The translations under genes and the position numbers were made by a program. A DNA stretch of 64,000 nt, from the NCBI RefSeq assembly GCF_006345805.1, contig NC_042997.1:93434001-93498000 (forward strand), read 5' to 3'. This document shows, piece after piece, positions 1-14,964 of this stretch. Position 1 is the stretch's first letter; every line of letters begins with the position of its first letter. The notes beneath the pieces are model-generated. The model did no database searches. It was not told where the DNA came from and saw only the letters and a list, made by a program, of their open reading frames with translations. Origin of the DNA: Octopus sinensis (lineage: Eukaryota).

Positions 1-210
1 TATTCCAGTTCAACACATTGTAGCTATAAGTAACAACTGGAACTGCTAAGGAATTTATAGCTAACACCTTGTTACGTGCATTTAGTTCAGATTTCAGGAC
101 TGCACGAACTCTCCTATAACATTCCTTCCTGATCTTCTCTTTCATGCTTGCATGCTGAATACCAGAGCCTTCATTTATCCCTAAATATTTGTATGTTATT
201 ATTATTATTA

Positions 211-268
<58 letters not shown>

Positions 269-274
269 CATAAA

Positions 275-486
275 GTTGGTGAGCTGGTAGAACTGCTAGC
301 ATGTCAGGCAAAATGCTTAGTGGTATTTTGCCCATCTCTATGTTTTGAGTTCAAATTCTGCCAGGGTCAACTTTGCCTTTCATCCTTTTGGAGTCAATAA
401 ATTAAGTACCAGTTATGTACTGGGGAATTGTAATCGACTTACCCCCTCCCCCACAATTTCAGGCCTTGTGCTTTAGTAGAAAGGAT
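275..486 (+). mobile_element. SINE family A copy (tRNA-like head)
   Basis: GGTGAGCTGG...GAGTTCAAATTC (A/B-box-like)...CTTTGCCTTTCATCCTTT; same sequence recurs more than 12 times in the window. Confidence 0.8.
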
Positions 487-692
487 TATTATTATTATTA
501 TAAGAGCATTGGGTGACAAGGAAGAATAATTTCAACACTAATAAATAATTACACTAAACTTCTGTCAGAGAGAGAAAGAGACAAACAGCTAAACAGGCAG
601 ACAGACAGACAGATATATGCTCATGCATACTCAAATATAAATACATATACACATATAATGTGTTAAAAACATGTGAATTTGCTTCTTTTTAG

Positions 693-841
693 AGCTGGAT
701 TAAATTACCTGAGACTTATGCAACAAATCGATATTTCCAAACTGCCAACACATTTGCGAGACATGGTTCTAAGAGAGAGGGTAAAAGATTATGTTATGTT
801 TAATCTCCTTGACTTCATCACCCAGAATATACAGGCATTAG
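693..841 (+). CDS. ABCA: ABCA exon 1 in window (phase 2-1)
   Basis: tttttag|A GCT GGA..GCA TTA G|gtaag; [11 protein letters not shown]...ITQNIQAL. Confidence 0.82.
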
Positions 842-1707
842 GTAAGACTTCACAGCTACCTACTTTTTCATGTCAAACTTTGTATACAATAATATAATTT
901 CTTTTGACTAGACAAAACACTAATATTTTACTTTATGATGGACTTCTTGTATGAATAGCTGTTTGATACCTTTTAAGGTGGTACATTTAAAGAACATTAA
1001 AGAACCCTGTATTGTGGTACATTTAAAGAACATTTGCTAGAATATTTGTGCTTAAATATAACATGACAAAAAGAAAGCAAAATGTTGAAATTAACATAAT
1101 TAACTTAGAATTAAGAAGAGATAAAAATAAATGCTGTCAGTCATATGGCAATTTTACCATTTTGCCAATTCAACCCATCTCAAAGGCTTTACAATTATTT
1201 TCTTACTGAGATAAACAAGCTAAAATATGCTAAACATTTAGTCTAGCACCTTCATTTTCTCTTCAATATATTGTTGATGTTTCACTAACACACAGGCCAC
1301 AAATTTACAGAGGAATAGAATAAGACTATGTGACATACATTGTTGCATCAAGAAAGTTAATAACATGAGTGATATGAGTTAATGTCAAGTTTACAGTAGT
1401 AAACAAGGAGTTTAGATGCTCTATGACAAGTAAATTCTTGATACAAACCTTAAAAACAGTTGTTATTGTTGTATCAAATTATATTAAAAGTCACAATTAG
1501 AAAAGAAATTTGTATTTCTGAATTATTTTTTACAATAGGTGCAGGAGTGACTGTGTGGTAAGTAGCTTGCTTACGAACCACATGGTTCTGGGTTCAATCC
1601 AACTGCATGGCACCTTGGGCAAGTGTCTTCTACTATAGCCTCGGGCTGACCAAAGTCTTGTAAGTGGATTTGGTAGATGGAAACTGAAAGAGGCCCGTTG
1701 TATATAT

Positions 1708-1759
<52 letters not shown>

Positions 1760-2425
1760 TTGTTGTGCAAGATTTTTTATGTGAAGTCGTGTGTTGAAAC
1801 AGATATTGTTACATTTCGGAATGGTCATTTTGCCAGTTTAGCCAATAAAAACACACGCACTATATATTTGGTGTTATTTTGCTTCAGTGTTATTTATTTT
1901 TTACATTAATCTTAATCTTATTTCGGGCAGAGTTCTTTTGTCACACTCCTGTGACCGCATCAGTGGTCCTTTGTTTTCTTCTTTCTTATTTGTGTCTCTC
2001 CTTACTAACCATCAGCCATTTTGTATTTCTATTGTATGTCTTCATTTGCGCATGCTTATACCTCTATGTGCGTCTATATTTATTTAGTGTGGGGGGGGAG
2101 GATGCCTGTAATATTTGTATCTTCTGTTTATATACGTTCATGTAATTTGTTTTTGTTTATTCTTATTTTGTTCATGTGTTTACATCCACTTATTATTATC
2201 ATTACATATGCTTGTATATATGTATGCATGTATGTATAACAACAATACTAGTAATAATAATAATAAATCAAAAAAGGACCACTGATGCGGTCACTGGAGT
2301 GTGACGAAAGAACTCTGGCCGAAATAAGATTAAGATTAATGTAAAAAATAGCACCAAATATATAGTGCATGTGTTTTTATTGGCTAAACTGGCAAAATGA
2401 CCATTCTGAAATATATATATATGTA

Positions 2426-2466
<41 letters not shown>

Positions 2467-5254
2467 TTGTGTGTCTGTGTTTGTCCCCCCAGCATCGCTT
2501 GACAATCGATGCTGGTGTGTTTACGTCCCGATAACTTAGCAGTTCAGCAAAGAGACCAATAGAATAAATACTAGGCTCACATTGAATGGGTCCTGGGGTC
2601 GATTTACTCGACTAAAGGCGGTGCTCCAGCATGGCCACAGTCAAATGACTGAAACAAGTAAAAGAGTAAAAGAGTAAAGAGCAATTTATAAACACTAAAC
2701 GGATTTATAAATTGGACACACAAGGTTAACTTACATGCATGACTTATAAAACTTAATTTCACTGATAGATTTGACAATTAAAAAGATTTTAAAAATTTAA
2801 CTCATAAATTTCATTTAAGCTTGATTTCACTGAAGTGTAACTAGACAGAACTCCTCAATCTCAATTCCATTTCTTCTTTCAGAGGCAAATCAATATAATT
2901 TAATGAAATATTTCAACTCATCATCAGAATTATCAGCATTCTTGACTCTGGTTGATAAATCTGATACAGCAATTGAGTTAATTTCATCAACTCTCAAATC
3001 CATAATAATCAGTCCACTCAAGGTAAGATGATTTTTCTTCTTTTGTAGGTTGGAATTAAGTGTAGCCATTTCCTGTCATAGATTGCTATGACACTGCTAT
3101 TCTAACAAGAATGTTATATGGGAATGCTTTCATTTTCAAAACAGGCAGAAGGTCAGGAAAAAGGAAATAGAAGTTATAATATTAATGACTTACATTAAGA
3201 GAAAGTAGGGTATAAAAATGTGAAATTGGAATAAGTAGAAATCGAAATCATGAATGAATTATGTTGTGACTGTTTTATTAATTTTTCTGAAGGAGAGAAG
3301 CACTTACCTTTGTAACTCTCTCGGATTTGCGAGACCATTTAGGTTAATATTCAGTTTAATGCCTGAAGAAAAAAATTTGGGCAAGTGGTATTTCAGAGAG
3401 CATAAAGGCAGAGGTAAGATTGGTTGAATGTTAAGTTCAGGTCGTGTGGTGGTGAAACATAAGCAGATGCTGTGGGTGGATTTGGGTGGAGTATGAGGCT
3501 TTTTAATTCAGGAGAACAAAATCTGTTATAGTAGTGTTAAATGAAAGAGAAAATATAAAGTGATGTTTTTAATGATAAGTATAAAATACATTGATAATGA
3601 GTGAGTCTTTGTCAATCACCTGAGTGGCATTGTTTTGATTTCAATCTGTATCAGATATGTAAGCATATCTAGAAGACTAGAATGAATGGGTTCTTGTGGC
3701 AAACAAATAAAAGTTGTTATTAGCGAACTGACAAAATCATTAGTGCATTGAACAACATGCATAACAGCTTAGAGTTGCAAGATTTTTCTCAGTACATCTT
3801 GTCCCAAGTATTGATACTTTCTGTAGTTTTTCTATAAAGTTTGGTATTTGCAGCTTTTCATGCCAGAATATTGCTTTCTTTGAGATGATTCCAAGTGCAC
3901 TGATTGCAATTGGTTACACACTTACTTTTAGGCTTTCTAGATGCATTTCACATCCAATGTTAGGTCTTGGTACTTCTCAACTTCCTCATTCTCTGGATTC
4001 ACAATATTCTTATCTGCTGGTATAGCAACATCAATGAAGGCCCATTCCTTTGAACTTCTGTAGGAAAGTGATATTTGGTCAGTTATATTGCAGTTTCTTA
4101 TCTGTGTAGACTGGCATATATATCTCATGTAAGTTCCACCTGATCATTTTCTGCTACTGGCAAAGGTTGGTGCTCAAACTACTTCTTGGAATATCCTAGC
4201 ACAACATCCTAGCATACTCCTGCACAACTCCCAGTGTATTCACACTGCCACTTTGACATGGCATTTTTTGTACTCCTTTGGGGTCAGTTTTGAGTACCTA
4301 CTAATTATATGTCTAACAGACTCAAATGACTTTTCACATAGTCTACACAAAGGTGATACTGCTACCTCATCAATATCATCATCATCATCATCATCATCAT
4401 CATTATTTAGGTGGCAAGCTGGTAGAATTATGAGCACACCAGGCAATTTCATCTACCTTTACATTCTAAGTTCAAATGCCACCAAGGTCGACTTTGCCTT
4501 TCATCTTTTCAGGGTCAATAAAATAAGCACCAGTTCAGCACTGGGGTCAACGTAATTGACTTATCCCCTCTCTTAAATTGCTGATCTTGTGCCAAAACTT
4601 GAAACCATTATTATCATTTTCATCATCATCATCGTTATTATTATCATCATTATTATTATTATTATCATTATTATTATTATAAAATCAAATCAAACCAAAT
4701 CAAAATAGATGAACATCAATGGAATTTGTATCTTTGTGGTACCAGTGCCGGTGGCACATAAGAAAACCATCCGAATGTGGCCGTAGCTAGTACCGCATCG
4801 ACTGGCCTCCGTGCTGTGGGCACGTAACAAACACCATCCAATCGTGGCCGTTCGCCAGCCTCGTCTGGCACCTGTGTCGGTGGCACATAAAAAACACTAT
4901 CCAAGTGTGGCCGTTCACCAGCCTTGTCTGGCACCTGTGTCGGTGGCACATAAAAAACACCATCCGAGCGTGGCCGTCTGCCAGCCTCATCTGGCACCTG
5001 TGTCGGTGGCACATAAAAAAACACAATCCGAGCGTGGCCGTTTGCCAGCCTCGTCTGGCACCTGTGTCGGTGGCACATAAAATCACCCACTACACTCTCG
5101 GAGTGGTTGGCGTTAGGAAGGGCATCCAGCTGTAGAAACACTGCCAGATCTGACTGGCCTGGTGCAGCCATCGGGCTCCCCAGACCCCAGTTGAACCGTC
5201 CAACCCATGCTAGCATGGAAAGCGGACGTTAAACGATCATCATCATCATCATCA

Positions 5255-5297
<43 letters not shown>

Positions 5298-7293
5298 TTC
5301 TGCAGGTGCTACCATTACTAGATGAAAACAACTGGAAAAAGATTTGCATAAATAAAACTGTTTTCAGGGTCATGTTTGATATCTCCCACAAGATACCAGA
5401 TGCAGATTTGTCCAGCCTTCAAACTACTGTTTGTTCTGAAGTTTTTCAAAATGTCAGTATGAAAACCTTGATGGCTGAAATCGATAAAACCATTCCTGGA
5501 TGGTCCAATTTAATAGCAAAGGTAGGATTTTGTTCATACTGTCATTATTATTGTTGTTTAGACCCAGTGATTCTTTTTGTTCATCATCAAGTTCATTTCC
5601 AAGATCTCTTCTAAGTATCTGTGTCACCTTCAATCCATCTTTTCCCCCATGGATTTCGTTTCTCTCTTGTACATTCTTCCATTTCTTTACTGATTGCAGC
5701 CACTGAATTTAAGTTCTTTTTCTCTATCCCTTCTCCCTTCTTCTTTCAGATGAGCATACAACTTGATGATCCTAACTTGAAAGTGGATGTGGATTCAGTC
5801 GAGAAGACCATATATTTTTACATGCAAGGGACTTCAAACATTAATAATGTTTTTGATAAACTCAAGACAGGTTTTAATGAGTCTGGCTTACCAAACTTGC
5901 CATCAATATTAGAACGCATTGCTAAAGAATGGAAGGAACTTGAAAAAGATGCTGATAAGCTTAGGTAACAAAAATTCTCTGTTTTATATGTAACTTAAAA
6001 ATTAGATAAATATTTCAATTATAAGCAAAACTATAACATTGGAAAGGTCAGACATTTTAATCAAATTTGATATTTATCTTTATTGGTGAGTTCTTTAACC
6101 CTTTAGCATTTAAACTGGCCATATCTGGCCAAACATATTCTGCCTGTTTTATGTTCAAACTGGCCAGATCTGGTCTCTCGTACCAACCCTACAATATCAT
6201 TTTAAAAATTAACAGCTACCTCATTAAAATCTCATAGCTACAAGATAATGCATGATTAGTTCAAAACAATGTGGATAAAAAAAGCATTAATTTTGGCAGA
6301 ATAATGCGAACACTAATGGGTTAAAGAGACATAGGCAGTATCAATAAATACTGAAAACCCAGCTACATTCAACTTGTAAGGTAGGCCATTTAACCCATAC
6401 AATGCAGCAACCATATCTCGTTATTGTCATTAAAACAGGGATGTTTAAATTCAGAAATCTTATGACAGCCTATCCAGTAAAAATAGAAATATAAAACTAT
6501 GAATGAAGATCAATTCATTACTCAAATGTAGTTGACATTAATTAAACACCAACAATAACAGCAACAAAACAAAAGCACAATCACCATCAACATAATTCCT
6601 ATTTCAAGAACTAGCTAGTGTACAAAACTAGACAAAAGTAAAAATGTGATTTTGATTTAAAGGAAATTTCTGACGCTTAAGTTTATCCAAATGCATTTTA
6701 TTATTGTTGTCTAACTCCAGGTCAGCTCTCATCATGCAGACTTGGACTAAATGAGTTGTGTTGATATAGACAGAGTATTCTTTGATGTTTTTTTTAATCT
6801 CATATATATTGTCTAACTTCTCTTTCAGTTTACAATCTATATTTGAATTGATGAAATTATTAAACGGCTTTAATGTATTAACCCCAAACACCACGCTAGG
6901 AAAGCAATTAGGTATGATAAACAGAAATTTGGTTAGTGCACAGTACCTACTTCAGTTTATGAACATACATCTCAAAAATATATCAGGTAAAGATAATTAA
7001 TTGAATTATTCTATTAATCTTTTACTTTTTATGTACTTCAGCCTAAATGTTGTTGCCATGCTGGAACATTCTATATTATTTCATCATTATTTGTCTTTAC
7101 TAAAATTTGAAATTGTAGGTATGACTATGTGGTTGAGAAATTTGCTTCTCAGCCATATGGTACTGCATTCAGTTCCACTGTAGGACACCATATCTAAGTG
7201 CCTTATGTCATAGCTTTCAAGAGGGTCAACAACTTTTGAATTAATGTTAGTAAATGCCTGTTTTATATGTGTGTGTGTGTAGTATTTATATAC

Positions 7294-7325
<32 letters not shown>

Positions 7326-7388
7326 ATATATATATATATATATCAATATTTACATATATTTATATACACACACATACATATACAAACG

Positions 7389-7439
<51 letters not shown>

Positions 7440-10400
7440 CCAGGACCTTTGGTAATATGCTGTGCCTGAGAATATTTGTCAAGCCAAGTGAAATGCTGGT
7501 GTCACATAACTGGCACCCATGCCAGAGGTATGTAAAAAGCACCTGTACCAGTGGCACATAAAAACACCCATGCCAATGACATGTAAAAAGCACCCATTAC
7601 ACTCTTGGAGTGGTTGGCATTAGGAAGAGTATCCAGCTGGAACTTGGTGCAGCTCTCTGACTTATCAGTTCCAGTTGTACCATCTAACCTATGCGAGTGT
7701 GGAAAGTAGATGCTAAATGATGACGATGATGATATATGTACACACACACACATAAATATGCATATATTACGTAATGTCAAATACTTGAGGAGAGAGTATT
7801 CAATACATGGTGTGAAGGATATGTTTGTTTTTTATTAGAAATTGAAGCAGAGAGTTTGACATGTAATGCAAGTTACATGTCACTGCAATCTTCAGGAAAA
7901 AATTAATGTTTTGTCTGATGATCACATTGGTGTGAAACTCAAGTCATGAAATAATCTCTCTGCTTCAGTTTTAATAAATAGACACACACACACTCTCACT
8001 CATTCACACACACACACACCCATACTCACTCACTCACTCATTCACACACACACACACACTTTTATTTCAAGTTGCAACCATCTCATTTCTCTCAGAAATT
8101 CTCTTGTGAAAAGCATAACAGCAGACACTTATTTCTATTTTTAAATTTTAAATCTTCATTTATAACAATCATAATTTTGATGAAAATTTTAAATTTTTCA
8201 AAATTATAAAAATAAGAATAATAAAACATTCTTGTACTAAAAGGATTATATTTTATCATGTTTCCAGAAAGCAAGAATTTTAATGAAACAAGCTTAGCTC
8301 AATCTCATCAAGTACTAAAATTGATTGGTCAATCAGGAATTTCTCCAGATACTTTTGCAATCATTCTTAACACATCTTTGCAAATATTCAAAGATCCAGA
8401 GAGGGTATGTGTGTATAATTTTTATTATGTTACTGAAGCTTTTTATATATTTAAGGTTAGGAAGCTAGAAATCACTGTATCATTTTTATATCCTATATAT
8501 AGGTAATATTTTTGTGAACTGAGTCTGAAGACTGGTTTCATTTTCCAGTTGGAAAATTTGTGCTTCCCTTAAATTTCCCTTTCATCAGAAGAACATGTAT
8601 AGCACATTATCTCATTTCTTCTGCAAATCTGATATTTTAAGACTATATTGAACATCAACATTGCTACTTTAAGCAGAGGTGGGGAACCCATCACATATAG
8701 AGAAAATTTTGCCTGAATTCAGTTTTAAAACCATCCACTGATGGCTTAAGCGTTAAGACAAAACTAGTAATTTAATGTAAGTTGTATACCTTTGTATTTG
8801 TAAAATGAATGATTCGTTATTTTCTTTTAGGAGAGAAGCACTCTCACAGGTGTTTGCATCTCATTTCTGTCTATTAAAAGTGTTCTCCACCCTTGCTTTA
8901 GATGCTCATAATAATAGTTTAACTCAGATCAATAAAACCTGATGATGCGCTTTGGAGCAAGATGGAAGTAAATTCTCTTTGAAATAATCTTTTTTCTCAG
9001 TGTTTATTTTTTGTAGTTTATATTGGGAAATCATAATAATTTTCATACAATTCTTACTTGTTGATGCTGAAAACTTTTACTTTTGTTATAGAATAGCATT
9101 TTGTTGCTGTAGAAGAATTTATGGAAACTGTTGAAATCCAGTCTAATTCTGCTTGGGCAATGTGCAATCTCTCTCTCTCTTCTTTATTACTCATTGGGTG
9201 TCTTTCTATCCATGTGTAACATTCCTAGAGGTAGCTCCTAATAGCGGGGAAATATCTCCTAAGTTAAAGCAAAGAAGTATCTGAGATTAACATAGAAAGA
9301 AGTATCTAGGTTAGAGCTGAGTCTATTTGGTCTTACAAAGAAGTTTATTGCGACTTAGATGAACAGAATACTGTATGGTGGATATATCAAGTATATGCAT
9401 GCATAAAAAAATGGATACTTATGATAATGAGATTTTGACTGCAATGAAAATAGTGTTCACAGTAATGATGATGCAGAATGGTTGGTTCTTATCATATGAG
9501 AAAAGAATACAAAAAGATGGGGAAATAGAAACTGAGAGTATTTTTCCAGAGAGAATCAGGCAATTTGTAATAATTAACCCCCAAAAATGTAACTCCTCTA
9601 CAGTTGTATACAAACAGGTTGATTAAATCAAAAATTACAATTACAAAACATGTTTTTAAACAAATGTGAAATAAAATCATATGTCACCAGTTTAGAATGA
9701 GTTTTTTTAAAACAATGGGTCAAAATCTTATTAATATTTTATTTTCCTTTACAGATTTTCCATTTGATTGAAGAAGACAGCTGGATAAATATCTGCAACT
9801 TCACAAATACAGATGTATTTAGAAAAATGTTTGCCATTGATTGGAGCCAAAGCATTTCTGAACAGCAGATGAGATTTTGTCAGGATCTTATTTTGCAAGT
9901 TGATATGCAAGCTCTACAAATAGAACTATTTTCTTTAGAAGGGTTTAAAGAATTCTATGATTCTGTGAGTATATTGATTCATACATACTGATAGTATTAA
10001 TTTTATTAAACAATAGAGAGTAGAAAGTACAACATAAATATTATTCTCAATAAATAATGCTTTAATTTCATTATGGTTTATAAAGACCAAATATTATGAA
10101 TTTAGGAGCCTAAAATATTCTCAAAGATGATAGCAACAATAAAACTAAGAGTTTGAATAGATTCTTTAATACACCCTTTCAATATATGTTGATTGCAAAT
10201 CAAATTATAATGTTTGACATAGTAAATGAAGGCTAATTTATTACATAGAATTGCATAACTTTCGTATGTAATTTGAAACAAATAGCAGTAAAGAAATAGG
10301 TATTTCGCCTGTTGCTATGTTCTGAGTTCAAAGTCTGCCAAGATCAACTTTACCATTGATCCTTTTGAAGGTCAATAAAATGAGTACCAGTTGAACACTG

Positions 10401-10929
10401 GGAATCGATGTAATCGATTTATCCCCTCCCCAAAATTGCTCCCCTTGTGGCAAAATTTGAAACCATTAAGGTGGTGAACTGGCAAAATCATTATCAGGCT
10501 AGGAAAACTGCGAAGCAGTATTTCACCTATTACTATATTCTGAGTTCAAATTCCTCCAAGGTCAACTTTGTCTTTCATTCTTTCAGGGTCAATAAATTAA
10601 GTACCAGTTAAGCACTAGATTCGATGTATTTGACTTATTCCCACTCATCTGAAATTTCAGACCTTGTCCCTATAATAGAAAAACATTATTATTTAATATA
10701 TATATATATATATCTTTTACTCTCTTTTACTTGTTTCAGTCATTTGACTATGGCCATGCTGGAGCACCACCTTTTAGTCGAGCAAATTGACCCCAGGACT
10801 TATTCTTTGTAAGCCTAGTACTTATTCTATCGGTCTCTTTTGCCGAACCGCTAAGTTATGGGGACGTAAACACACCAGCATCGATTGTCAAGCGATGTTG
10901 GGGGGACAAACACAGACACACAAACATAT

Positions 10930-10962
<33 letters not shown>

Positions 10963-13900
10963 CGACAGGCTTCTTTCAGTTTCCGTCTACCAAATCCACT
11001 CACAAGGCTTTGGTCGGCCCGAGGCTATAGTAGAAGACACTTGCCCAAGGTGCCACGCAGTGGGACTGAACCCGGAACCATGTGGTTCGTAAGCAAGCTA
11101 CTTACCTCAAAGCCACTCCTACGCCTATATATATATATATGATGACTATTCTTAGCAACTAAATGTATTTACTCTTTCACCAGTTCTCTCTTTTTCATTA
11201 CATATTATTAAAAACAAAGGTGTTGAACATTATTACTTAAATTTTACGAGTATATATTAAATGTCTTTCAGATAACTGGTAAATCTGAAGATTCAATGTT
11301 AGACCTGTCTTTATTAATGTCTGAGGCTATGAAAATGCAAATGGTGTTGACGGAATTAAGTTCAAAACCTTTGACTTGGCTCTTTGGAAACAATGAAAAT
11401 TTGCTGAACTCACCAAAAGTCGTCTCTCTTTTAAATATGTGGAAACAACAACTGCAGCTGGTTAATAATGGGTAATGTCATTTTTCTTATAAAATACTAT
11501 TAATAATATCACATTTACTTTATATTGAAAGAAGATGAATGTACAATATGTTTTCCTCATGAACAGCATTCTTATCATACGTAAATATTTCACAATTACA
11601 CTATTCCTTGGCAAAAGCCTTTGGGAGTTGCTGAGTTAAGTTCTATTTCATACAGACAAAAAGATATTTGGTTAGACTATCTCATGTGTACCACAATCTT
11701 GCTTGAAAATATATATATTTGAGAAATTTCTTTTTGTAAGGTGTTTTTTCTTTAAATTTGTAATTATAGTTATGATTCCACCACCATCATCATCATCATC
11801 ATCATTATCATCATTATCATCATTATTATGGATCACTATCATTCTATATCATCGACTCTCAGTAGATCAAATGCCATCATAGACTGCCATCTTGGTCTTT
11901 CTTATACAACCACAAGATCTTAAATTTGTCTGGCATTTTCACTAGCTGCTGTTGGGATGATTTCTCATCTTCATCCTTTATTTATTTCGTTTTTAACACA
12001 ACATGTTCATAAGAAATGTTATCTCAGGATGAATATCTAGGCAACTGGCCTAGCAATGGTGTATATACATTAAGTATGGTGCATAAATGGTTATATATGT
12101 AATTCTTCATCTTCATCTCCCTCTTTCTTATTCATTTAGCCTTCCATTAAATGTCTCTATAAACAATTTTTTTGTTTAAGATATTTTAGTTTTGAAGTGT
12201 ATATTACTCATAAATTTCTATAATTTTAATTTAAGTTGATTGTCATATGGTCAGATGTTACAATATAATACAAAATGTAGGTTTTTATGATAACTATGTA
12301 TATCAATCAAAAGTAAGAAAGATAAAGAATAAAAATGCATGCATTAAAAGAAAACCAGATAATGGAACAAAATAAAAAATTGCAATGTTATTACCAGTTT
12401 GAATGTGCCAGTGACACATTCCAACTTGTAAACAAGCCATTCACTCTGTTTTATCATAGAGAAAATTTTTCACTGTAGACAAATGGTGTAAATACACCAA
12501 AATCAGCTCATAGTGCCACCTATCCAGACTGTGAGATGCTAGCATTTTGGGGTGGTTATCTCCTCTTCAGTCACAGAAGTGCTACCAGCTGATGTATGAC
12601 TGGAATAACATAAGAGATTGTCTCCCTTGTCAGCTTGCAGCACCACCATCCAGTTTACAAGTTTGTTTACAAGTTTGTTTACAAGTTTGAACTTGCCATT
12701 GGTATATTCAAGTGAGGATCAGAATCGAAATCGATCAATGGAAATTGCGGATGTGCTACCAGTGCCGGTGGCATGTCGAAACTCTGCTTGTGAAGACCCG
12801 TTGAGGCAAGTGAGGATCAGAATCGAAATCGATCAATGGAAATCGATCAATCGATCAATGGAAATTGCAGATGTGTTACCAGTGCCGGTGGCATGTAAGA
12901 GAACTTTCCGTTTCGCGACCGTTGCCAGCACCGCCCCGTTTCGTGTCCGTTGCCAGCCTCGCCTGGCCCTCGTGCCGGTGGCACATAAAAAGCACCATCC
13001 GTTCGTGGCCGTTTGCCAGCTCTGTCTGGCACCAGTGCGGGTGGCACGTAAAAAGCACCCACTACACTCACGGAGTGGTTGGCGTTAGGAAGGGCATCCA
13101 GCCGTAGAAACACTGCCAGATTTGACTGGGCCTGATGAAGCCTTCTGGCTTCACAGACCCCAGTAGAACCGTCCAACCCATGCTAGCATGGAAAACGGAC
13201 GCTAAACGATGATGATGATGATGATGATATTAGAATTGGTAATAACATTGCATTTATACATTTATACACTGCTTAGCATTCTCACCTCATGAAAAAAAAA
13301 TGTGTCTTGCAAAATAGGATGAGTGTCAGATATTTGGTAATTTGAGGAATAAATTTGTCTCCGTTTAAGTTTTATATATAGAAACATTATTCATCATAGT
13401 TTAAAATTGAAACCATGAAGGCTTAAATAATTCTTTGATTTGCTTATCCTAGTTGATAATAATAATTATAAAAACTTAATTGACTACATTAATTGTGTTT
13501 ACCTTTTTGCCTCAATAAACTTTACAGCAGTGTAACTGAAATTTACTTGGTCCTGCCCTATCTGAGTCCATTCATCAAACAAGTGAATACAATGCCTGAA
13601 TGGAAGAATTTGATGTCTGAACTTGTACTTTATTTACAGACATTAGACAAAATGTTGTATCAGCTTTCACGTAAGTAAATAACAATATGCAGATACTCAG
13701 ACTCACACACACACACACACACACACATTTGTTCTCCTCAGAGAGATTGTGACTGTCTAGTCATCTTTAATGATCCTCAATGATTTGCATGGTTACTTTA
13801 TTTAAAGTCGTCTCATTCGTGACCATCTTCAATCCAGTGGTAAAACCAGGTCAAAATGACTGGGGATGGAAACAGATACAGTGGATGATCAGGATGTCTT

Positions 13901-14824
13901 GCTTGCCTCATCTTACTTTCTGCTCTCCTCAATACTTTGCTGCAGCCAACTTCCCCTCTCTTTGAACCATAAAGGTTTCTTCCACAGAGTCCACCAGATC
14001 TAGCTTTGACATAAATAGGTAGGCAAACATTTTATACTGCTTTTGTGGATTCCCATGACTCAATGTCACTGTCCAATTCCATTATCATGAATTTGAATCA
14101 GAAGATTAAGTCATAGTGAATCTTTCATCAGCTAATTACACAACTATGGAAGCCACCCTTTTGGATGCATTGCAGTTACTCGCCTGATAGAGTTTGGTGA
14201 TCCTGACTACTGATCTTCCAGGATTCCTTCACTCACCATCAATGTAAGAAGCACCTATTTCTTTACTAGCCACAAGGGGCTAAACACAGAGAGGACAATC
14301 AAGGACAGACAAATGGATTAAGTCGATTATATCGACCCCTGTGCATAACTGGTACTTATTTAATTGACCCCCGAAAGGATGAAAGGCAAAGTTGACCTCG
14401 GCGGAATTTGAGCTCAGAACATAACTGCAGATGAAATACCGCTTAGCATTTCGCCCGGCGTGCTAACATTTCTGCCAGCTCGTCGCCTTTCAATGTAAGA
14501 AGCACCGTTGCCTCGGTTGAGCTCTCTTCCACTACCTCTTCACATTCTGTCATGCTGCAGTCCTATGACTTCACTGTATCCCTGACAGAATGGCTGAACA
14601 AGTGCTATGCCTTGCCAATGAGAAGTCTGTTACTATGCAGGGCATGGTCATCACTCAATGAGGTGTTTTCAAATACCTGCATTATGCTAATTAGCTCATA
14701 GCTGGGAACCCAACAAGTGCTACTACTGAAAACAATTATGGTTAAAAAGTGGTTCCACACCCTTCAAACTCTGGAAAAACTGTACCAGAGCCCTAGCACT
14801 AGATGTAGTTTGAAGTCATACCCA

Positions 14825-14899
<75 letters not shown>

Positions 14900-14924
14900 A
14901 CACACACACACACACACACACATA

Positions 14925-14964
<40 letters not shown>

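Larger units (their letters stand above)
1538..2680 (+). mobile_element. SINE family B copy interrupted in its (TA)n tract by an inverted-repeat element
   Basis: 5' GGTGCAGGAGTGACTGTGTGGTAAG..GGCACCTTGGGCAAGTG (CORE-like) at 1538-1700; 3' half ending GAAACAAGTAAAAGAG at 2420-2680. Confidence 0.8.

Noticed and set aside
4735-5090. CRISPR array
   Set aside because: Intervening sequences are near-identical paralogues, the array is part of a dispersed eukaryotic repeat, and there are no cas genes.
4716-5216. 166-aa repetitive ORF ([14 protein letters not shown])n and similar ORFs at 12.6-13.2 and 17.3-17.8 kb
   Set aside because: Reading frames through family C repeat units; frame is not conserved between copies.
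9375-9626. 83-aa ORF as exon or nested gene
   Set aside because: No matching splice sites or family motif, and exons 6 and 7 join in phase without it.
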